Shown: in pieces, positions 23,604 through 35,240 of the stretch
Layout of the letters: every line of letters begins with the position of its first letter
Position numbering within the stretch: the stretch's first letter is position 1
DNA from: Bifidobacterium breve
GTDB taxonomy: Bacteria; Actinomycetota; Actinomycetes; S36-B12
Reading direction: 5' to 3'
Assembly (NCBI GenBank): GCA_945900705.1
Contig: CAMDKJ010000003.1
Location: 1 to 44,697, forward strand
DNA length: 44,697 nt
The notes under the pieces: model-generated
Seen by the model: only the letters and a program-made list of their open reading frames with translations
The model's database searches: none
What the model was told of the DNA's origin: nothing
Translations under genes and position numbers: made by a program

Positions 23604-24590
23604 TCAACTAGATCGACGAGCGATAGTAAACCGCGGCAATCCATTTAAATCCTTGCGATCGATGACTTCGGGCCACACTCGGGTGCCGATTGACATTTTG
23701 GCCAGCAGCGCGAGCTCATCGCCCGCGACCAAACTCTGTGCCAGCCCCGCAACCCCGAGGAGCCCAGCATCAGCGCCTTGCACATCTGCATGCTCAATAA
23801 CCAGCAGGCCACCTGGCTTAAGTAAAATTGCCGCGGTGCGCAGCACCCCGCGCACTACGTCGAGGCCATCTTCACCGGCAAACAGGGCAACTTTGGGTTC
23901 ATGATCGCGGACTTCTGGCTCCCTTGGCACCATGCGAGCCGGAATATACGGCGGATTCGCGACGATAACTGAAACTTGACCGGCCAACCGTGCGAGGCCA
24001 TGCCCGGGATCGGCAACCAAGGCGGCGTCATCGTGCACCACATCAACTCGCGAACAGGCTGCAGCCAATGCCACCTCATGAGCCGCGAGGTTCCGCCTGG
24101 TCCAACGAACTGCCTCATCGTCTAATTCAACGGCATAAACCCTCGAGTTTTCAACCTCGATGCCAATCGACAAGGCGATCGCGCCGCTACCCGAACACAG
24201 GTCAACGGCGATTCGCTCCGAAACTGGTAGCTCACGTAATTCACGGATACCAGCTTCGACCACCAGTTCGGTTTCGGGGCGCGGAATGAAAACCCCGGGC
24301 CCAACCTGGAGTTCAATATGGCGAAAAGCTGCCGTACCTAGTAGGTGCTGTAACGGCACCCTAGAAAGTCTTTTAGTCATCAGCTGCTCTACCCGCACCC
24401 GTTGAGCAGGTGTAACTAAATCCTGCAAAATCAATCGGTTGCGCCGAACCCCGAGTGCGAACGCGATAATTTCAGCGGCATCAACATTTGGTGATGGCAC
24501 CCCTGCCGCCACTAATCGACGTTCGGCGTCGATGAGTACGTCGCGGACGGTGGTTCGACCACCGGTGGTGTGGTCAACATCCCAGTTCAC
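23604..24590 (-). CDS. prmC: Release factor glutamine methyltransferase
   Basis: [20 protein letters not shown]. Confidence 0.95.
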   Translation of the reverse strand: MNWDVDHTTGGRTTVRDVLIDAERRLVAAGVPSPNVDAAEIIAFALGVRRNRLILQDLVTPAQRVRVEQLMTKRLSRVPLQHLLGTAAFRHIELQVGPGVFIPRPETELVVEAGIRELRELPVSERIAVDLCSGSGAIALSIGIEVENSRVYAVELDDEAVRWTRRNLAAHEVALAAACSRVDVVHDDAALVADPGHGLARLAGQVSVIVANPPYIPARMVPREPEVRDHEPKVALFAGEDGLDVVRGVLRTAAILLKPGGLLVIEHADVQGADAGLLGVAGLAQSLVAGDELALLAKMSIGTRVWPEVIDRKDLNGLPRFTIARRSS

Positions 24591-25660
24591 GATGGGGTGT
24601 CACCCAATCGCACCGCGTTATCAGCCTCCAAACAGGCATTGATGACGTCGTCGAGATCACCGTCGAGAATCTGGTCTAGGTTGTGTGACTTGTAGCCAAC
24701 GCGGTGGTCAGCGAGTCGATTCTCGGGGAAGTTGAAAGTGCGAATTCGCTCACTACGATCGACGGTGCGCACCTGTAGGCGGCGCGCATCGGAAGCATCT
24801 TGAGCCGCTTGCTCTTGGGCGGCGGCCAGCAGCCGGGCGCGTAAAATTCGCATCGCCTGCTCCCTATTTTGCAATTGGCTTTTTTCGTTCTGACAGGAAA
24901 CGACCACCCCGGTAGGCAGATGGGTAATTCGTACCGCGGAGTCGGTCGTGTTTACGCTTTGACCACCGGGGCCTGATGATCTAAAAACATCGATCCGCAG
25001 GTCGTTTGGATCAACTACGACGTCGACATCCTCGGCTTCCGGGAACACAAGAACACCAGCGGCCGAGGTGTGGATACGCCCCTGGGATTCAGTCACCGGC
25101 ACCCGCTGCACGCGATGGACCCCGCCCTCGTATTTGAGCCGGGCATATGGCGCATCACCTGGCTCAGGGTTACCGCGTGCCTTAACCGCCAAAGCCACGT
25201 CCTTGTAACCGCCAAGATCAGACTCAACCGCGTCGATAATTTGCGTTGTCCAGCCGCGGCGTTCTGCATAACGCATGTACATGCGCAGCAGATCGGCGGC
25301 AAATAGCGCCGATTCTTCGCCACCCTCCCCCGCTTTAACCTCCAGGATGACATCCTTGTCATCAAGTGGGTCGCGGGGCAACAGCAATCGAGTTAGGTGC
25401 TCGGCCGCTGCCTTCTCTCGCTCTATCAAGCCCGGAAGCTCATCAGCAAAGGACTGGTCATCATCGGCTAATTCGGTTGCGGCCACCACATCGTCAGCAA
25501 GTGCTGCCCAATCGCGGTAAACCGTGATGATGGGACGCAGTTCGGCATACCGGCGCCCATACCTACGAGCGACCGACTGATCTACGTGCACGGCTGGATC
25601 GGCGAGCTTGAGTTCAAGATCGCTGTACTCAACTGAAAGTTCGGCACATGACTCAAACAT
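24587..25660 (-). CDS. prfA: Peptide chain release factor 1
   Basis: PVT specificity tripeptide, GGQ motif, RSERIRT. Confidence 0.98.
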   Translation of the reverse strand: MFESCAELSVEYSDLELKLADPAVHVDQSVARRYGRRYAELRPIITVYRDWAALADDVVAATELADDDQSFADELPGLIEREKAAAEHLTRLLLPRDPLDDKDVILEVKAGEGGEESALFAADLLRMYMRYAERRGWTTQIIDAVESDLGGYKDVALAVKARGNPEPGDAPYARLKYEGGVHRVQRVPVTESQGRIHTSAAGVLVFPEAEDVDVVVDPNDLRIDVFRSSGPGGQSVNTTDSAVRITHLPTGVVVSCQNEKSQLQNREQAMRILRARLLAAAQEQAAQDASDARRLQVRTVDRSERIRTFNFPENRLADHRVGYKSHNLDQILDGDLDDVINACLEADNAVRLGDTPS

Positions 25661-25724
25661 CAATCCTCCTTCCGAGATCCGCCGGCGAGACCCCCGCTGC
25701 CTATAACTACTTGCAGATAAAACA

Positions 25725-25798
25725 ATCCCGGGCGCCGGTCAGGGACCGACCGCATGACGGGGGAGACACGCGGTCGATCCCGGGCCGGCGCCCGGGAT
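25725..25798 (-). terminator. Long hairpin / intrinsic terminator after rpmE
   Basis: About 29-bp imperfect inverted repeat (ATCCCGGGCGCCGG...CCGGCGCCCGGGAT) followed by TGTTTT on the minus strand. Confidence 0.7.
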
Positions 25799-25804
25799 CA
25801 GAAG

Positions 25805-26032
25805 CTAGTTGTCAGCGGACTTATCGGCCGCCTTGCCGTAACGAGTTTCGAATTTCGCGACCCGACCGCCGGTATCGAGTATCTTCTGCTTACCGGTGTA
25901 GAACGGGTGACACTGCGAACAGACATCGGCGTGAATACTGCCGTTCTTCGCGGTGCTGCGGGTGACGAAGGTACTGCCACAGGTGCACGTCACCGTGGTT
26001 TCGGCGTATGCCGGATGAATATCGGCTTTCAT
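25805..26032 (-). CDS. rpmE: 50S ribosomal protein L31 (Zn-binding C+ type)
   Basis: [19 protein letters not shown]. Confidence 0.97.
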   Translation of the reverse strand: MKADIHPAYAETTVTCTCGSTFVTRSTAKNGSIHADVCSQCHPFYTGKQKILDTGGRVAKFETRYGKAADKSADN

Positions 26033-26050
26033 GGCGAACTCCTCTAGTTA

Positions 26051-26095
26051 GCCCCGGGTCGGCTGCCCGCTCGGAATGAACGGGACCGTGAACCG
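26051..26095 (-). promoter_or_regulatory. Probable structured rpmE leader (L31-Actinobacteria-like)
   Basis: GGTTCACGGTCCCGTTC...GAGCGGGCAGCCGACCCGG just upstream of the RBS; resembles a recalled conserved actinomycete rpmE 5' UTR. Not verified with a covariance model. Confidence 0.4.
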
Positions 26096-26169
26096 CAGCG
26101 TGGTTATTATTACATCCCCGGCCAGCCAGGGAGAAATCCGGCTTTATCGGGGTCGTGGCCACCTACCTG

Positions 26170-27885
26170 CTAATCGTCTTCGCCATTGCCTGATGCCGTG
26201 GTCTTTTGGATCTGCATCAGGAATTCGGTATTGGTCTTGGTGTCGCGCAATTTGGTGAGCAGCAACTCAATCGCCTGCTGCTGGTCCAGCGCGTGAAGCA
26301 CCCGGCGCAACTTCCAAACGATCTTGAGCTCCTCGGGGGTCATGAGCAGTTCTTCCTTGCGGGTACCCGAGGAGTCAACGTCAACCGCCGGGAATACCCG
26401 CTTATCGGCTAGGCGGCGGTCCAACTTGAGCTCCATATTGCCGGTGCCCTTGAACTCCTCGAAGATAACCTCGTCCATTCGCGAACCGGTTTCAACCAAG
26501 GCAGTGGCCAAGATGGTCAGCGAGCCGCCACCTTCAATATTGCGCGCCGCGCCGAAGAACTTCTTGGGTGGGTAGAGCGCGGTTGAGTCGACACCACCGG
26601 AGAGGATTCGCCCTGATGCCGGCGCCGCCAGGTTGTAGGCGCGACCGAGCCGAGTCATCGAGTCAAGTAGCACCACCACATCGTGGCCGAGTTCAACCAA
26701 GCGCTTGGCGCGCTCAATTGATAGTTCGGCGATGATCGTGTGATCTTCGGCCGGACGGTCAAAGGTTGAAGCAATTACCTCGCCCTTAACAGAGCGTTGC
26801 ATGTCGGTGACTTCTTCGGGCCGTTCGTCAACGAGGACGACCATCAGGTGCACCTCTGGGTTGTTCGCCGTGATCGCATTGGCGATTGCTTGCAACACCA
26901 TGGTCTTGCCTGCTTTTGGTGGCGAGACGATCAAACCGCGCTGGCCCTTACCGATCGGTGAAACCAGATCAATTACCCGGGTCGTCAAATTACTCGGATC
27001 ATTTTCTAGGCGCAGGCGATCTTGCGGGTACAACGGGGTTAACTTGGAGAATTCCGGACGATTACGCGAGGCTTCAAGATCTCCACCATTTACGGTCTCA
27101 ATTCGCACGAGTGGGTTGAACTTTTCGCGGCGCTCACCTTCTGGTGATTGCCGCACCAACCCGGTAATCGCATCACCCTTGCGCAGCCCGTGCTTACGGA
27201 CAAGTGACAATGACACATAAACATCGTTCGGCCCTGGCATGTAGCCACTGGTGCGAACGAACGCGTAGTTGTCCATGACATCGAGAATGCCCGCCACCGG
27301 AGTCAGGACATCATCTGGTGAAATCTCGAGTTCGGCTTCGTTGAAGTTGCCTTCACGGCGCGGCCCTCTATCGCGCGACCGATCCCGGCCGCGACGGCGA
27401 CCGCCATCAGGCCCGCGATCATTTCCCGAGTTGCGGTCATTGCCACCGTTATTACCCGTACCGCGGTTATTGCTGTAGTTACGGTTGTTGCGATCGCCGC
27501 GGTCGTTATTGAAGCTGCGATTATTGCGATCGCCGCTCCCGCGGTTGTCGCGGCTATCGCGGCTATCGCGATTGTCGCGGTTGTCGGTACGAGGTGCGTT
27601 GCCCTCTACGGCAGGCTCGGCAACGGTCGCATCGCGCCGTTCGGCATCGACGGCTGAGGTGGCGCTTGGGCGCGAGGTGGTGCGCGCTGCACGACCACCA
27701 CCACTTGAGCTCTCACTGCCGTTACGTTTGTCACTTATTGCTGCTACTAAATCACCCTTGCGCATAGCGCTGGAGCCAGAGATGCCTAACTTGGAGGCAA
27801 CCTGCTTTAACTCTGGGAGCAACATTGCTGATAGGTCACTGCCGCTGCCATTGGCTGATTTTGCGGCGGACGTTGTTTCGGTCAC
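26170..27885 (-). CDS. rho: Transcription termination factor Rho with actinobacterial R/D/N/G-rich insertion
   Basis: [37 protein letters not shown]. Confidence 0.98.
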   Translation of the reverse strand: MTETTSAAKSANGSGSDLSAMLLPELKQVASKLGISGSSAMRKGDLVAAISDKRNGSESSSGGGRAARTTSRPSATSAVDAERRDATVAEPAVEGNAPRTDNRDNRDSRDSRDNRGSGDRNNRSFNNDRGDRNNRNYSNNRGTGNNGGNDRNSGNDRGPDGGRRRGRDRSRDRGPRREGNFNEAELEISPDDVLTPVAGILDVMDNYAFVRTSGYMPGPNDVYVSLSLVRKHGLRKGDAITGLVRQSPEGERREKFNPLVRIETVNGGDLEASRNRPEFSKLTPLYPQDRLRLENDPSNLTTRVIDLVSPIGKGQRGLIVSPPKAGKTMVLQAIANAITANNPEVHLMVVLVDERPEEVTDMQRSVKGEVIASTFDRPAEDHTIIAELSIERAKRLVELGHDVVVLLDSMTRLGRAYNLAAPASGRILSGGVDSTALYPPKKFFGAARNIEGGGSLTILATALVETGSRMDEVIFEEFKGTGNMELKLDRRLADKRVFPAVDVDSSGTRKEELLMTPEELKIVWKLRRVLHALDQQQAIELLLTKLRDTKTNTEFLMQIQKTTASGNGEDD

Positions 27886-28067
27886 GCATTTCCTTTATTA
27901 GATGGGAACTCCGACACGATGCGCAAGTGACCATCCGAGGTTCCATCGGAAAGAAATACCCGAAAAAGGCTTCGAAATTGTCACTTCGGGAAGAACGGCA
28001 ACTTGGCCGTCATCAGTCGAACAGCCAAACTATAACACGGACTCGAATTATCGGCTGGATCCGGGGG

Positions 28068-28988
28068 TCAGAGGCCAATCGGCACAGCGCGTACCCCCTG
28101 TACGGCGACCCCGACCTGGCGCACCTGCCACCCGGTTCCGGCCAGGACCGCGACCAAATCGGCGGTTGCCGATGATGCCAAAGCCAGGACACTTGGACCA
28201 GCTCCGGAAATTGCCGCCGGGATTCCGGCAGCGCGTAGCGCCTCCACTAAATCCAATGACGGCGCATACATTGACCGGCGCAGCTCTTGATGGAGGCGGT
28301 CAGACGTGGCTTCCATCAAGTGAGCAGGTTCATTCGTCAGCGCATGCAACAGCAACGCAGCGCGCGCGACATTAAATGCCGCGTCACCAAATGCCACCTC
28401 AAGTGGCAACGCCAAGCGGGCTTCGGCGGTTGGCAAACCGGCTGCGGGCATCGCTATTACCGGTCGAATAGCCGGGTGTGGGGCAAGGCGTATATGACCG
28501 GCAAGACCGTCTTCATTAATCCAGGCGAAAGTTAATCCACCATAAAGGGCGGCCGAAATATTGTCGGGGTGCGACTCCATAGATTTTGCCACCTGGAGTA
28601 AATCTGTATCTGGTAGCAAAGTTTCGCCGCCAACTACAAGGGCACGCGCCAAGGCCAGCCCACCGACAATTGCAGCAGCCGATGACCCCAGTCCAAGGCC
28701 GTGTGGGATCGCGTTATCGCACCGCAGAATGAATCCACGCGGATGGGCGTCCATTAACGCAAAACCTCGCGCCATTGCCCGCGCAACTAAGTGCGAATCA
28801 TCAAGTGGAACACTTTCAGCGCCTTCGCCAACAACTTCGATCAATACACCGTCGTCGTCGGTAATCATTGCAACTAAGTCATCGACGATGTCAAGAGCCA
28901 GGCCCGCGGAGTCAAATGCCGGACCGATATTTGCGCTCGATGCCGGCACCTGAATACGCACCGGATCCCGGCGTAGGTCAGCGGCCAT
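28068..28988 (-). CDS. thrB: Homoserine kinase
   Basis: VPASSANIGPAFD, GLGSSAA, HPDN, SGAGPS. ATG overlaps the thrC stop (TGATG). Confidence 0.95.
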   Translation of the reverse strand: MAADLRRDPVRIQVPASSANIGPAFDSAGLALDIVDDLVAMITDDDGVLIEVVGEGAESVPLDDSHLVARAMARGFALMDAHPRGFILRCDNAIPHGLGLGSSAAAIVGGLALARALVVGGETLLPDTDLLQVAKSMESHPDNISAALYGGLTFAWINEDGLAGHIRLAPHPAIRPVIAMPAAGLPTAEARLALPLEVAFGDAAFNVARAALLLHALTNEPAHLMEATSDRLHQELRRSMYAPSLDLVEALRAAGIPAAISGAGPSVLALASSATADLVAVLAGTGWQVRQVGVAVQGVRAVPIGL

Positions 28989-30049
28989 CAGGAGTCCAGG
29001 CCCAAGGCCTGCGCGGCGGCCTTGACCGCAACCGGTACAACAGCTGGATCCTTGGACCCAGCAAGTGCCCATTGTGGGTCTTTGAGTCCGTTACCGGTGA
29101 GGGTGCAAACCACCGACTGTCCGGCGTCAAGCCCGCCTGCCGCGTGCAACTTCAGCAGGCCTGCAACACCGGCGGCACTTGACGGCTCACAGAACAAACC
29201 TTCACGGCTCGCGATTAGGTGATATGCGGCCAAGATCTCATCATCGGTTACCAGATCAATCAAACCTGAGGATTCATCGCGCGCGGCCACCGCGAAATCC
29301 CACGAAGCCGGATTACCAATTCGTATTGCGGTGGCAATCGTCTCGGGGTTTACCACCGGCGCACCATGTACTAGTGGAGCTGCCCCCGCAGCCTGGAAAC
29401 CCCACATGCGCGGACGCGATGTGGCAATGCCGTCGCGGTGATACTCGGTGTAGCCGCGCCAATAAGCGGTGATATTGCCTGCATTGCCCACCGGAAGGCA
29501 GTGGATATCGGGGGCGAACCCCAACATGTCAACGATTTCAAATGCCGCGGTTTTTTGACCCTCAATACGCGATGGATTCACGCTGTTGACAAGCTCGACC
29601 GGGTAGTTGTCGGCTAATTCACGCGCGATGGTTAGGCAATCATCGAAATTACCTTCAACCTGCAGCAAGGTCGCCCCGTGCACAACCGCTTGTGCCAATT
29701 TGCCCATTGCGATCTTGCCCGCAGGAACTAACACCGCGCAACCCATGCCGGCCTTTACCGCGTATGCCGCAGCACTCGCCGAGGTGTTACCGGTCGAAGC
29801 ACAAATAACAACTCGCGCGCCAGCTTCTGCGGCTTTAGAAATTGCCATCGTCATACCGCGGTCTTTGAAGGATCCGGTCGGGTTTGCGCCCTCGTATTTC
29901 AGCCAAACCGAGCAACCGGTTATTTCACTCAATGCGCAGGCGTAAACAAGGGGTGTGCCACCTTCGCCCAAGGTGATAACAGGAGTTGCCGCACTTAACG
30001 GCAATCGGTCGCGATACTCCTCAATCAATCCTCGCCACTGTTGCACCAT
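28988..30049 (-). CDS. thrC: Threonine synthase
   Basis: [25 protein letters not shown]. Confidence 0.97.
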   Translation of the reverse strand: MVQQWRGLIEEYRDRLPLSAATPVITLGEGGTPLVYACALSEITGCSVWLKYEGANPTGSFKDRGMTMAISKAAEAGARVVICASTGNTSASAAAYAVKAGMGCAVLVPAGKIAMGKLAQAVVHGATLLQVEGNFDDCLTIARELADNYPVELVNSVNPSRIEGQKTAAFEIVDMLGFAPDIHCLPVGNAGNITAYWRGYTEYHRDGIATSRPRMWGFQAAGAAPLVHGAPVVNPETIATAIRIGNPASWDFAVAARDESSGLIDLVTDDEILAAYHLIASREGLFCEPSSAAGVAGLLKLHAAGGLDAGQSVVCTLTGNGLKDPQWALAGSKDPAVVPVAVKAAAQALGLDS

Positions 30050-30051
30050 GA

Positions 30052-31344
30052 CTATTCCCCGGCCTCGCCTTCGACACGCATGACCCCAACCACGCGCTTT
30101 ACGTTCGCGAGTTCACGAAGTTGATCCACGGTGGCCCGCAAATCAGCATCCCTAGCCAGGTGCGTGCGAACGAGTAAACCGGCTTCGTCGCCATGGCCGT
30201 CTTGACGCACAACTTGAATACTTACTCCGTTATTAGCGAACGCGGCGGCAATGCCAGCGAGTACACCGGGGCGATCAGCAACGTCAAGATTGACGTAGTA
30301 GCGAGTCATGGCATCACCGATTGGCAGGGGCACTAACTTTGAGTAGGTGCTTTGCCCAGGGCCGCGACCACCGGTTAGCCGATTACGGGCTGCAGCCACT
30401 ACATCACCAAGCACCGCACTAGCTGTTGGCGCTCCCCCAGCGCCTCGGCCATAGAACATCATTTGACCAGCAGATTCTGCCTCAATGAAAACCGCATTGA
30501 AGGCACCGCGCACACTGGCTAGCGGGTGATCACGCGGCACCATCGAGGGGTGCACCCGCACAATCACGCCTTCGTTATCGCCTTTGATCTCCGCGACAGC
30601 AAGTAACTTAATAACAAAACCCATTTGCTGCGCTGCACGGATGTCGGCAGACGTAACTTTTGAGATTCCCTCGCAGTAGACGTCGTCAAGGGTGACTTTT
30701 GTGTGGAAAGCCAACTCGGCAAGGATCGCGGCTTTAGCAGCTGCATCGTGGCCATCGACATCAAGAGACGGATCAGCTTCTAGATAACCAAGTTCAGCCG
30801 CCTCGGCAAAAACTTCGTCATAATCGGCGCCTTCTTCGTCCATCTTGCTCAACATGAAGTTGGTGGTGCCGTTGACGATGCCCATCACCTTGGTGACCCG
30901 GTCACCCGCAAGTGACTCACGCAGTGGACGCAGCAACGGGATTGCCCCCGCCACCGAAGCCTCGAAGTAGAGATCGACACCATGCTTAGCCGCCGCCTCA
31001 TGCAAGGTGGCTCCGTCAGCCGCGAGCAATGCCTTGTTGGCTGTCACGACACTTGACCCCGCAGCCATTGCGGCCAAGATCAGTGAGCGGGCCGGCTCAA
31101 TACCACCAATGAGTTCGACCACGATGTCGACACCACTAGTAGCGACCGCCATTGCATCACCGGAAATCAACTCTGCGGGTACCCCCTCACGCACTTTGCC
31201 GGGCTCGCGCACAGCAACCGCGGTCAATACCAACGCGGCACCAACCCGCTGCTCTAAATCAGCGGCACTGGAGGCGATTAGGCGGGCAACTTGGGCACCT
31301 ACGGTGCCGCCGCCAAGCAGGGCAACGGTCAAAGAGCGCGACAT
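30052..31344 (-). CDS. hom: Homoserine dehydrogenase with ACT domain
   Basis: GGGTVG, VVTANK, NGTTNF, C-terminal DRPGVL ACT domain. Confidence 0.96.
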   Translation of the reverse strand: MSRSLTVALLGGGTVGAQVARLIASSAADLEQRVGAALVLTAVAVREPGKVREGVPAELISGDAMAVATSGVDIVVELIGGIEPARSLILAAMAAGSSVVTANKALLAADGATLHEAAAKHGVDLYFEASVAGAIPLLRPLRESLAGDRVTKVMGIVNGTTNFMLSKMDEEGADYDEVFAEAAELGYLEADPSLDVDGHDAAAKAAILAELAFHTKVTLDDVYCEGISKVTSADIRAAQQMGFVIKLLAVAEIKGDNEGVIVRVHPSMVPRDHPLASVRGAFNAVFIEAESAGQMMFYGRGAGGAPTASAVLGDVVAAARNRLTGGRGPGQSTYSKLVPLPIGDAMTRYYVNLDVADRPGVLAGIAAAFANNGVSIQVVRQDGHGDEAGLLVRTHLARDADLRATVDQLRELANVKRVVGVMRVEGEAGE

Positions 31345-31404
31345 GGGTTAAGCCTCTCAGGTCGACCTAAGGTGTCCCCCATCTGGGCATCAACGGCGCG
31401 CCAT

Positions 31405-31482
31405 GGCCAAGTCTGGCTCTTCATTTTGGCGCCATTAGTTGGTGCGGTTATCGCCGTGGGGATCTGGCTGATCACCCGCTGA
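31405..31482 (+). pseudogene. C-terminal remnant of an aquaporin Z / MIP channel
   Basis: GQVWLFILAPLVGAVIAVGIWLITR* matches the last MIP helix (W-x4-P-x2-G-A pattern). No NPA motifs or valid start upstream. Confidence 0.6.
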
Positions 31483-31547
31483 ACCGAAGAAATGCCTGCA
31501 GAATTAGTTGCCGGCTCAGAGCGCCAATAGATCCGGGTGCCAGTAGA

Positions 31548-32930
31548 TCAAGGTGCCAGTACGTCAGGACCGGGATCCAAAGCCAATAGGTCATCCATGG
31601 TTTCGCGTCGCAATACCACCGAGGTGACTCCATCGTGCGCCGAGATAACCGCCGGTCTCGGCAAGTAGTTGTAGTTGGAAGACATCGAACGGCAGTAGGC
31701 GCCGGTTGCCGCTACCGCCAATAGATCACCCGGTGCGATATCTGAGGGTAGCCACGCATCACGGACCACGATGTCGCCCGACTCGCAATGTTTACCCACC
31801 ACCCGGGTCAACATGGGTTCGGCACTTGATACCCGAGAGGCCAGCACCACCGAATAATCCGCGCTATAAAGAGCCGTGCGAATGTTGTCGCTCATCCCGC
31901 CGTCAACGCTGACATAGGTTCGGATCACACCACTATCGAGTTCAATCGGCTTTACCGTGCCGACTTCATAGATACTCACTCCGGCTGGCCCGATGATTGC
32001 CCGGCCGGGCTCAAATGCCAACTCGGGCAGCTCAATACCGGCCAATTCGCATTCGGTGCGCACGACTGAGCAGATTTGCTGGGCCATCGCGGCCACCTCA
32101 AGGGGATCATCACCTTCGACATAAGCGATGCCCATGCCACCACCTAGGTTGAATTCTCGGACAACCACCCCTTGATCATCACGAAGTGATCTCGTGAATG
32201 CGGCTACTCGCCGAGCGGCCTCATCAAAGCCGGATGCGTCAAAAATCTGCGATCCAATATGTGAATGCAATCCCGCAAAGAATAGTGACGGCAGTTTCAC
32301 GATGCGCCTAATTGCTTCGGCCGCATCACCTGACGCAACCGAGAGCCCAAACTTTTGATCCTCGTGCGCCGTGGCGATGAACTCGTGGGTGTGCGCCTCC
32401 ACCCCAACATTTACCCGGACCAAAACCTGCTGCACGATGCCAGCTCTCGTCGCAGCATCAGCTACGCGCACGATCTCATCGAATGAATCAATGACGATGC
32501 GCCCAACTCCGGCCGCCAACGCCATTTCAATTTCAGCCATAGCCTTGTTATTTCCGTGCATCACAATGCGGTGCCCCGGCACCCCGGCGCGCAGAGCTAC
32601 CGCGAGCTCACCGCCAGATGCAACGTCAATGCCAAGGCCTTCTTCGGTCACCCATCTTGCGATTGCCGTTGCGAGAAACGCTTTAGCCGCGTAGTAAACG
32701 ATACTTGCACCAGCAGTTTCGTAGGCCTCACGAAAGAGGCGGGCCCTTGTTCGAGCATCCCCTTCATCAAGTAGATACACCGGCGACTGATACTCCGCAA
32801 CTAAATCGCGACAATCTACGCCGGCAATCTCAAGGGCACCCGCGATATTACGCAGCGCCGACTTCGGCCAGATCGCCTGATTTAAGTCAGCAGCGGGAAT
32901 GGCGCTGAGTGAAGATTCGGAATTGAGCAC
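31548..32930 (-). CDS. lysA: Diaminopimelate decarboxylase
   Basis: YAAKAF, DQKFG, HSHIGSQ, EPGR, HCESGD. Confidence 0.97.
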   Translation of the reverse strand: MLNSESSLSAIPAADLNQAIWPKSALRNIAGALEIAGVDCRDLVAEYQSPVYLLDEGDARTRARLFREAYETAGASIVYYAAKAFLATAIARWVTEEGLGIDVASGGELAVALRAGVPGHRIVMHGNNKAMAEIEMALAAGVGRIVIDSFDEIVRVADAATRAGIVQQVLVRVNVGVEAHTHEFIATAHEDQKFGLSVASGDAAEAIRRIVKLPSLFFAGLHSHIGSQIFDASGFDEAARRVAAFTRSLRDDQGVVVREFNLGGGMGIAYVEGDDPLEVAAMAQQICSVVRTECELAGIELPELAFEPGRAIIGPAGVSIYEVGTVKPIELDSGVIRTYVSVDGGMSDNIRTALYSADYSVVLASRVSSAEPMLTRVVGKHCESGDIVVRDAWLPSDIAPGDLLAVAATGAYCRSMSSNYNYLPRPAVISAHDGVTSVVLRRETMDDLLALDPGPDVLAP

Positions 32931-32954
32931 AGGCGCAGAGTATTCGATAGCCGG

Positions 32955-34610
32955 TCACATGCGATCAGGTGCGCTGACCCCGAGCAATTGCAGGCCGTTG
33001 AAAACCGTTTGCCGGGTCGCGGCACATAGCCAAAGTCGCGCCACCTGCTCCGGAGTTAACTCCTCATCACCGCGTGGCAAAACCCGGCAGCTGTCGTAGA
33101 AGCGGTGATAGATCGATGCCAAATCCTCAAGATAGCGAGCTACCCGATGGGGCTCGCGGAGCTCAGCCGCGCCAGCCACAACTCTCGGGAACTCAGCGAG
33201 TGCGCCAAGGAGCTCGTTCTCACGCTCATGCGAAAGTAGGCCACTGTCAAAATCAAGGTCTCGCCAAACTATGCCAAGCTCGGCAGCGTTACGCAGTACC
33301 GAGGCGATTCGCGCATGAGCATACTGGACGTAGAAAACTGGATTGTCATTGCTGCGCAGCGTGATGACCTCAAGGTCAAGGGTCAACGGAGAATCCACCG
33401 GGTACCGGATCAGCGAGTACCTTGCGGCGTCGACCCCCACTTCGTCAACGAACTCATCAAGGGTCACGATGTTGCCGGCTCGTTTTGACAGCTTTACTTC
33501 CTCACCACCACGAGTGATTTTTACCAACTGCCCAATCAGGACTTCTACCTGGTCGAGTTGATCACCGTTGCAAGCAGCAACGGCCCGCAGCCTATTCACG
33601 TATCCGTGATGATCTGCACCGAGTAAATAAATGCAAATATCAAAGTTGCGCTCACGTTTGTCTACGTAGTAGGCAGTATCGGATGCAAAGTATGTGTATT
33701 CGCCATCGGCTTTGATCAATACCCGGTCTTTATCGTCACCAAAATCCGTGGTACGCAACCACACCGCGCCATCAAGCTCATGCACATGGCCCTGTGCTCG
33801 CAGCCGATCCATCGCGTGCTCAACCGAATTTGACTCATGCAGCGCACGCTCAGATGCCCATAAATCAAAATGTGTCCGGAACTGTTCAAGAACCTGCTGC
33901 TGCTGCTTTAGCTGAAGAGCGTAGGCGGCTTCACGAAATGCGATGAATTGTTCTTCGATCGGTAACTCTTTGATACTCGGGCGCGCAATGACAATGGCCG
34001 CGGCAAGATCATGGATATAAGCACCCTGATAGCCATCTTCGGGGATCAACTGATCATGTGCCGATGCCATAACAGATGCGCCGAACTTATCCATCTGCAC
34101 ACCGCGGTCATTGATATAGAACTCGGTCGACACGTTAGCCCCGGCGGCAACAAGTACCCGGGCCATGGCATCACCCACCGCGGCCCATCTGGTGTGACCA
34201 AGATGCAACGGGCCGGTGGGGTTCGCTGAGATGAATTCGAGGTTGATTTGCTGTCCGGCAAGGGCGGTACCGGTGCCATAGGCGGCACCCTTCTCGACAA
34301 TCATCTGTGCCGTTTGGCCCAAAGTGGCACTATCGAGGCGGATATTGATGAATCCCGGCCCAGCAATCTCAGCCGCCGCGACCCCGGGAATTTCGGCGAT
34401 CAGAGGCGCCAAGGATTCGGCTATTACCCGGGGGGCCAACTGGGCAGCCTTTGCTAATGCTAGGGCGATATTGGTCGCATAATCCCCGTGGGCACGTGAT
34501 TTTGGGCGTTCCAGCCTCAACTCCTCCGGGATTTCTAGTACCAGGCCGCTCTGGGATACCCACTCCAAGGCCGCGGCTCGCACGCTCACCGCTAGGTCCT
34601 CTGGAGTCAC
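32955..34610 (-). CDS. argS: Arginine--tRNA ligase
   Basis: SANPTGPLHLGH, KLSKRAG, YVQYAHAR. Start at GTG 34610. Confidence 0.97.
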   Translation of the reverse strand: MTPEDLAVSVRAAALEWVSQSGLVLEIPEELRLERPKSRAHGDYATNIALALAKAAQLAPRVIAESLAPLIAEIPGVAAAEIAGPGFINIRLDSATLGQTAQMIVEKGAAYGTGTALAGQQINLEFISANPTGPLHLGHTRWAAVGDAMARVLVAAGANVSTEFYINDRGVQMDKFGASVMASAHDQLIPEDGYQGAYIHDLAAAIVIARPSIKELPIEEQFIAFREAAYALQLKQQQQVLEQFRTHFDLWASERALHESNSVEHAMDRLRAQGHVHELDGAVWLRTTDFGDDKDRVLIKADGEYTYFASDTAYYVDKRERNFDICIYLLGADHHGYVNRLRAVAACNGDQLDQVEVLIGQLVKITRGGEEVKLSKRAGNIVTLDEFVDEVGVDAARYSLIRYPVDSPLTLDLEVITLRSNDNPVFYVQYAHARIASVLRNAAELGIVWRDLDFDSGLLSHERENELLGALAEFPRVVAGAAELREPHRVARYLEDLASIYHRFYDSCRVLPRGDEELTPEQVARLWLCAATRQTVFNGLQLLGVSAPDRM

Positions 34611-34829
34611 TGGTGGAGCGTATCTACCCATTTTTACTTAATTTCAGGGGGCCGGCCGCTATGCTCCCAGCAGGCAAGGCCAGATCAGCACCACCGTTCT
34701 ATGGTGCCCACTTTGGTGGGTGCCCGAGTTTCTGAGCACGTGCACAGATGCCGGGACGAGGTTTGAACGGCTAGGCCACGCGACGGGCGACCGTCCGTCG
34801 CGACGTTCCGCGCAAGGAGAATGTGCACC

Positions 34830-35033
34830 ATGGCTCAAGGCACCGTGAAGTGGTTTAACGCTGAAAAGGGCTACGGCTTTATCGCCCAGGCTGACGGCGG
34901 ACCGGACGTTTTCGTCCATTACTCGTCAATCCAGTCGGACGGCTACCGTTCACTGGAAGAGAACCAGGCAGTCGAGTTCGAGATCGTTCAAGGCCCCAAG
35001 GGCCCACAGGCTGACAAAGTTACCGTTGGCTAG
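34830..35033 (+). CDS. cspA: Cold-shock protein
   Basis: [18 protein letters not shown] and DVFVHY; AAGGAGA RBS. Confidence 0.96.
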   Translation: MAQGTVKWFNAEKGYGFIAQADGGPDVFVHYSSIQSDGYRSLEENQAVEFEIVQGPKGPQADKVTVG

Positions 35034-35048
35034 CTAAACCTGCTTAAC

Positions 35049-35082
35049 GTGAAGGGCCTCGCCGATTGGCGGGGCCCTTCAC
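35049..35082 (+). terminator. Hairpin terminator after csp
   Basis: GTGAAGGGCCTCGCC-GATT-GGCGGGGCCCTTCAC followed by TTAT. Confidence 0.85.
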
Positions 35083-35240
35083 TTATGCCACTTCCTCATC
35101 CCCCGATTCGGTAGTGACACTTACTGATGTACCTACATTTTGATCAGGTCAAACATCAAATGCGGCGAGTCTTGTAAGCAAACTGTCAGGATTGGTTGTT
35201 TAACTCAACTCCTGCCACACGCGCCACAGGCCTCTCAAAT

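Noticed and set aside
27400-27590. 9-nt tandem repeats in rho
   Set aside because: They encode the low-complexity RDN/RDS insertion typical of actinobacterial Rho.
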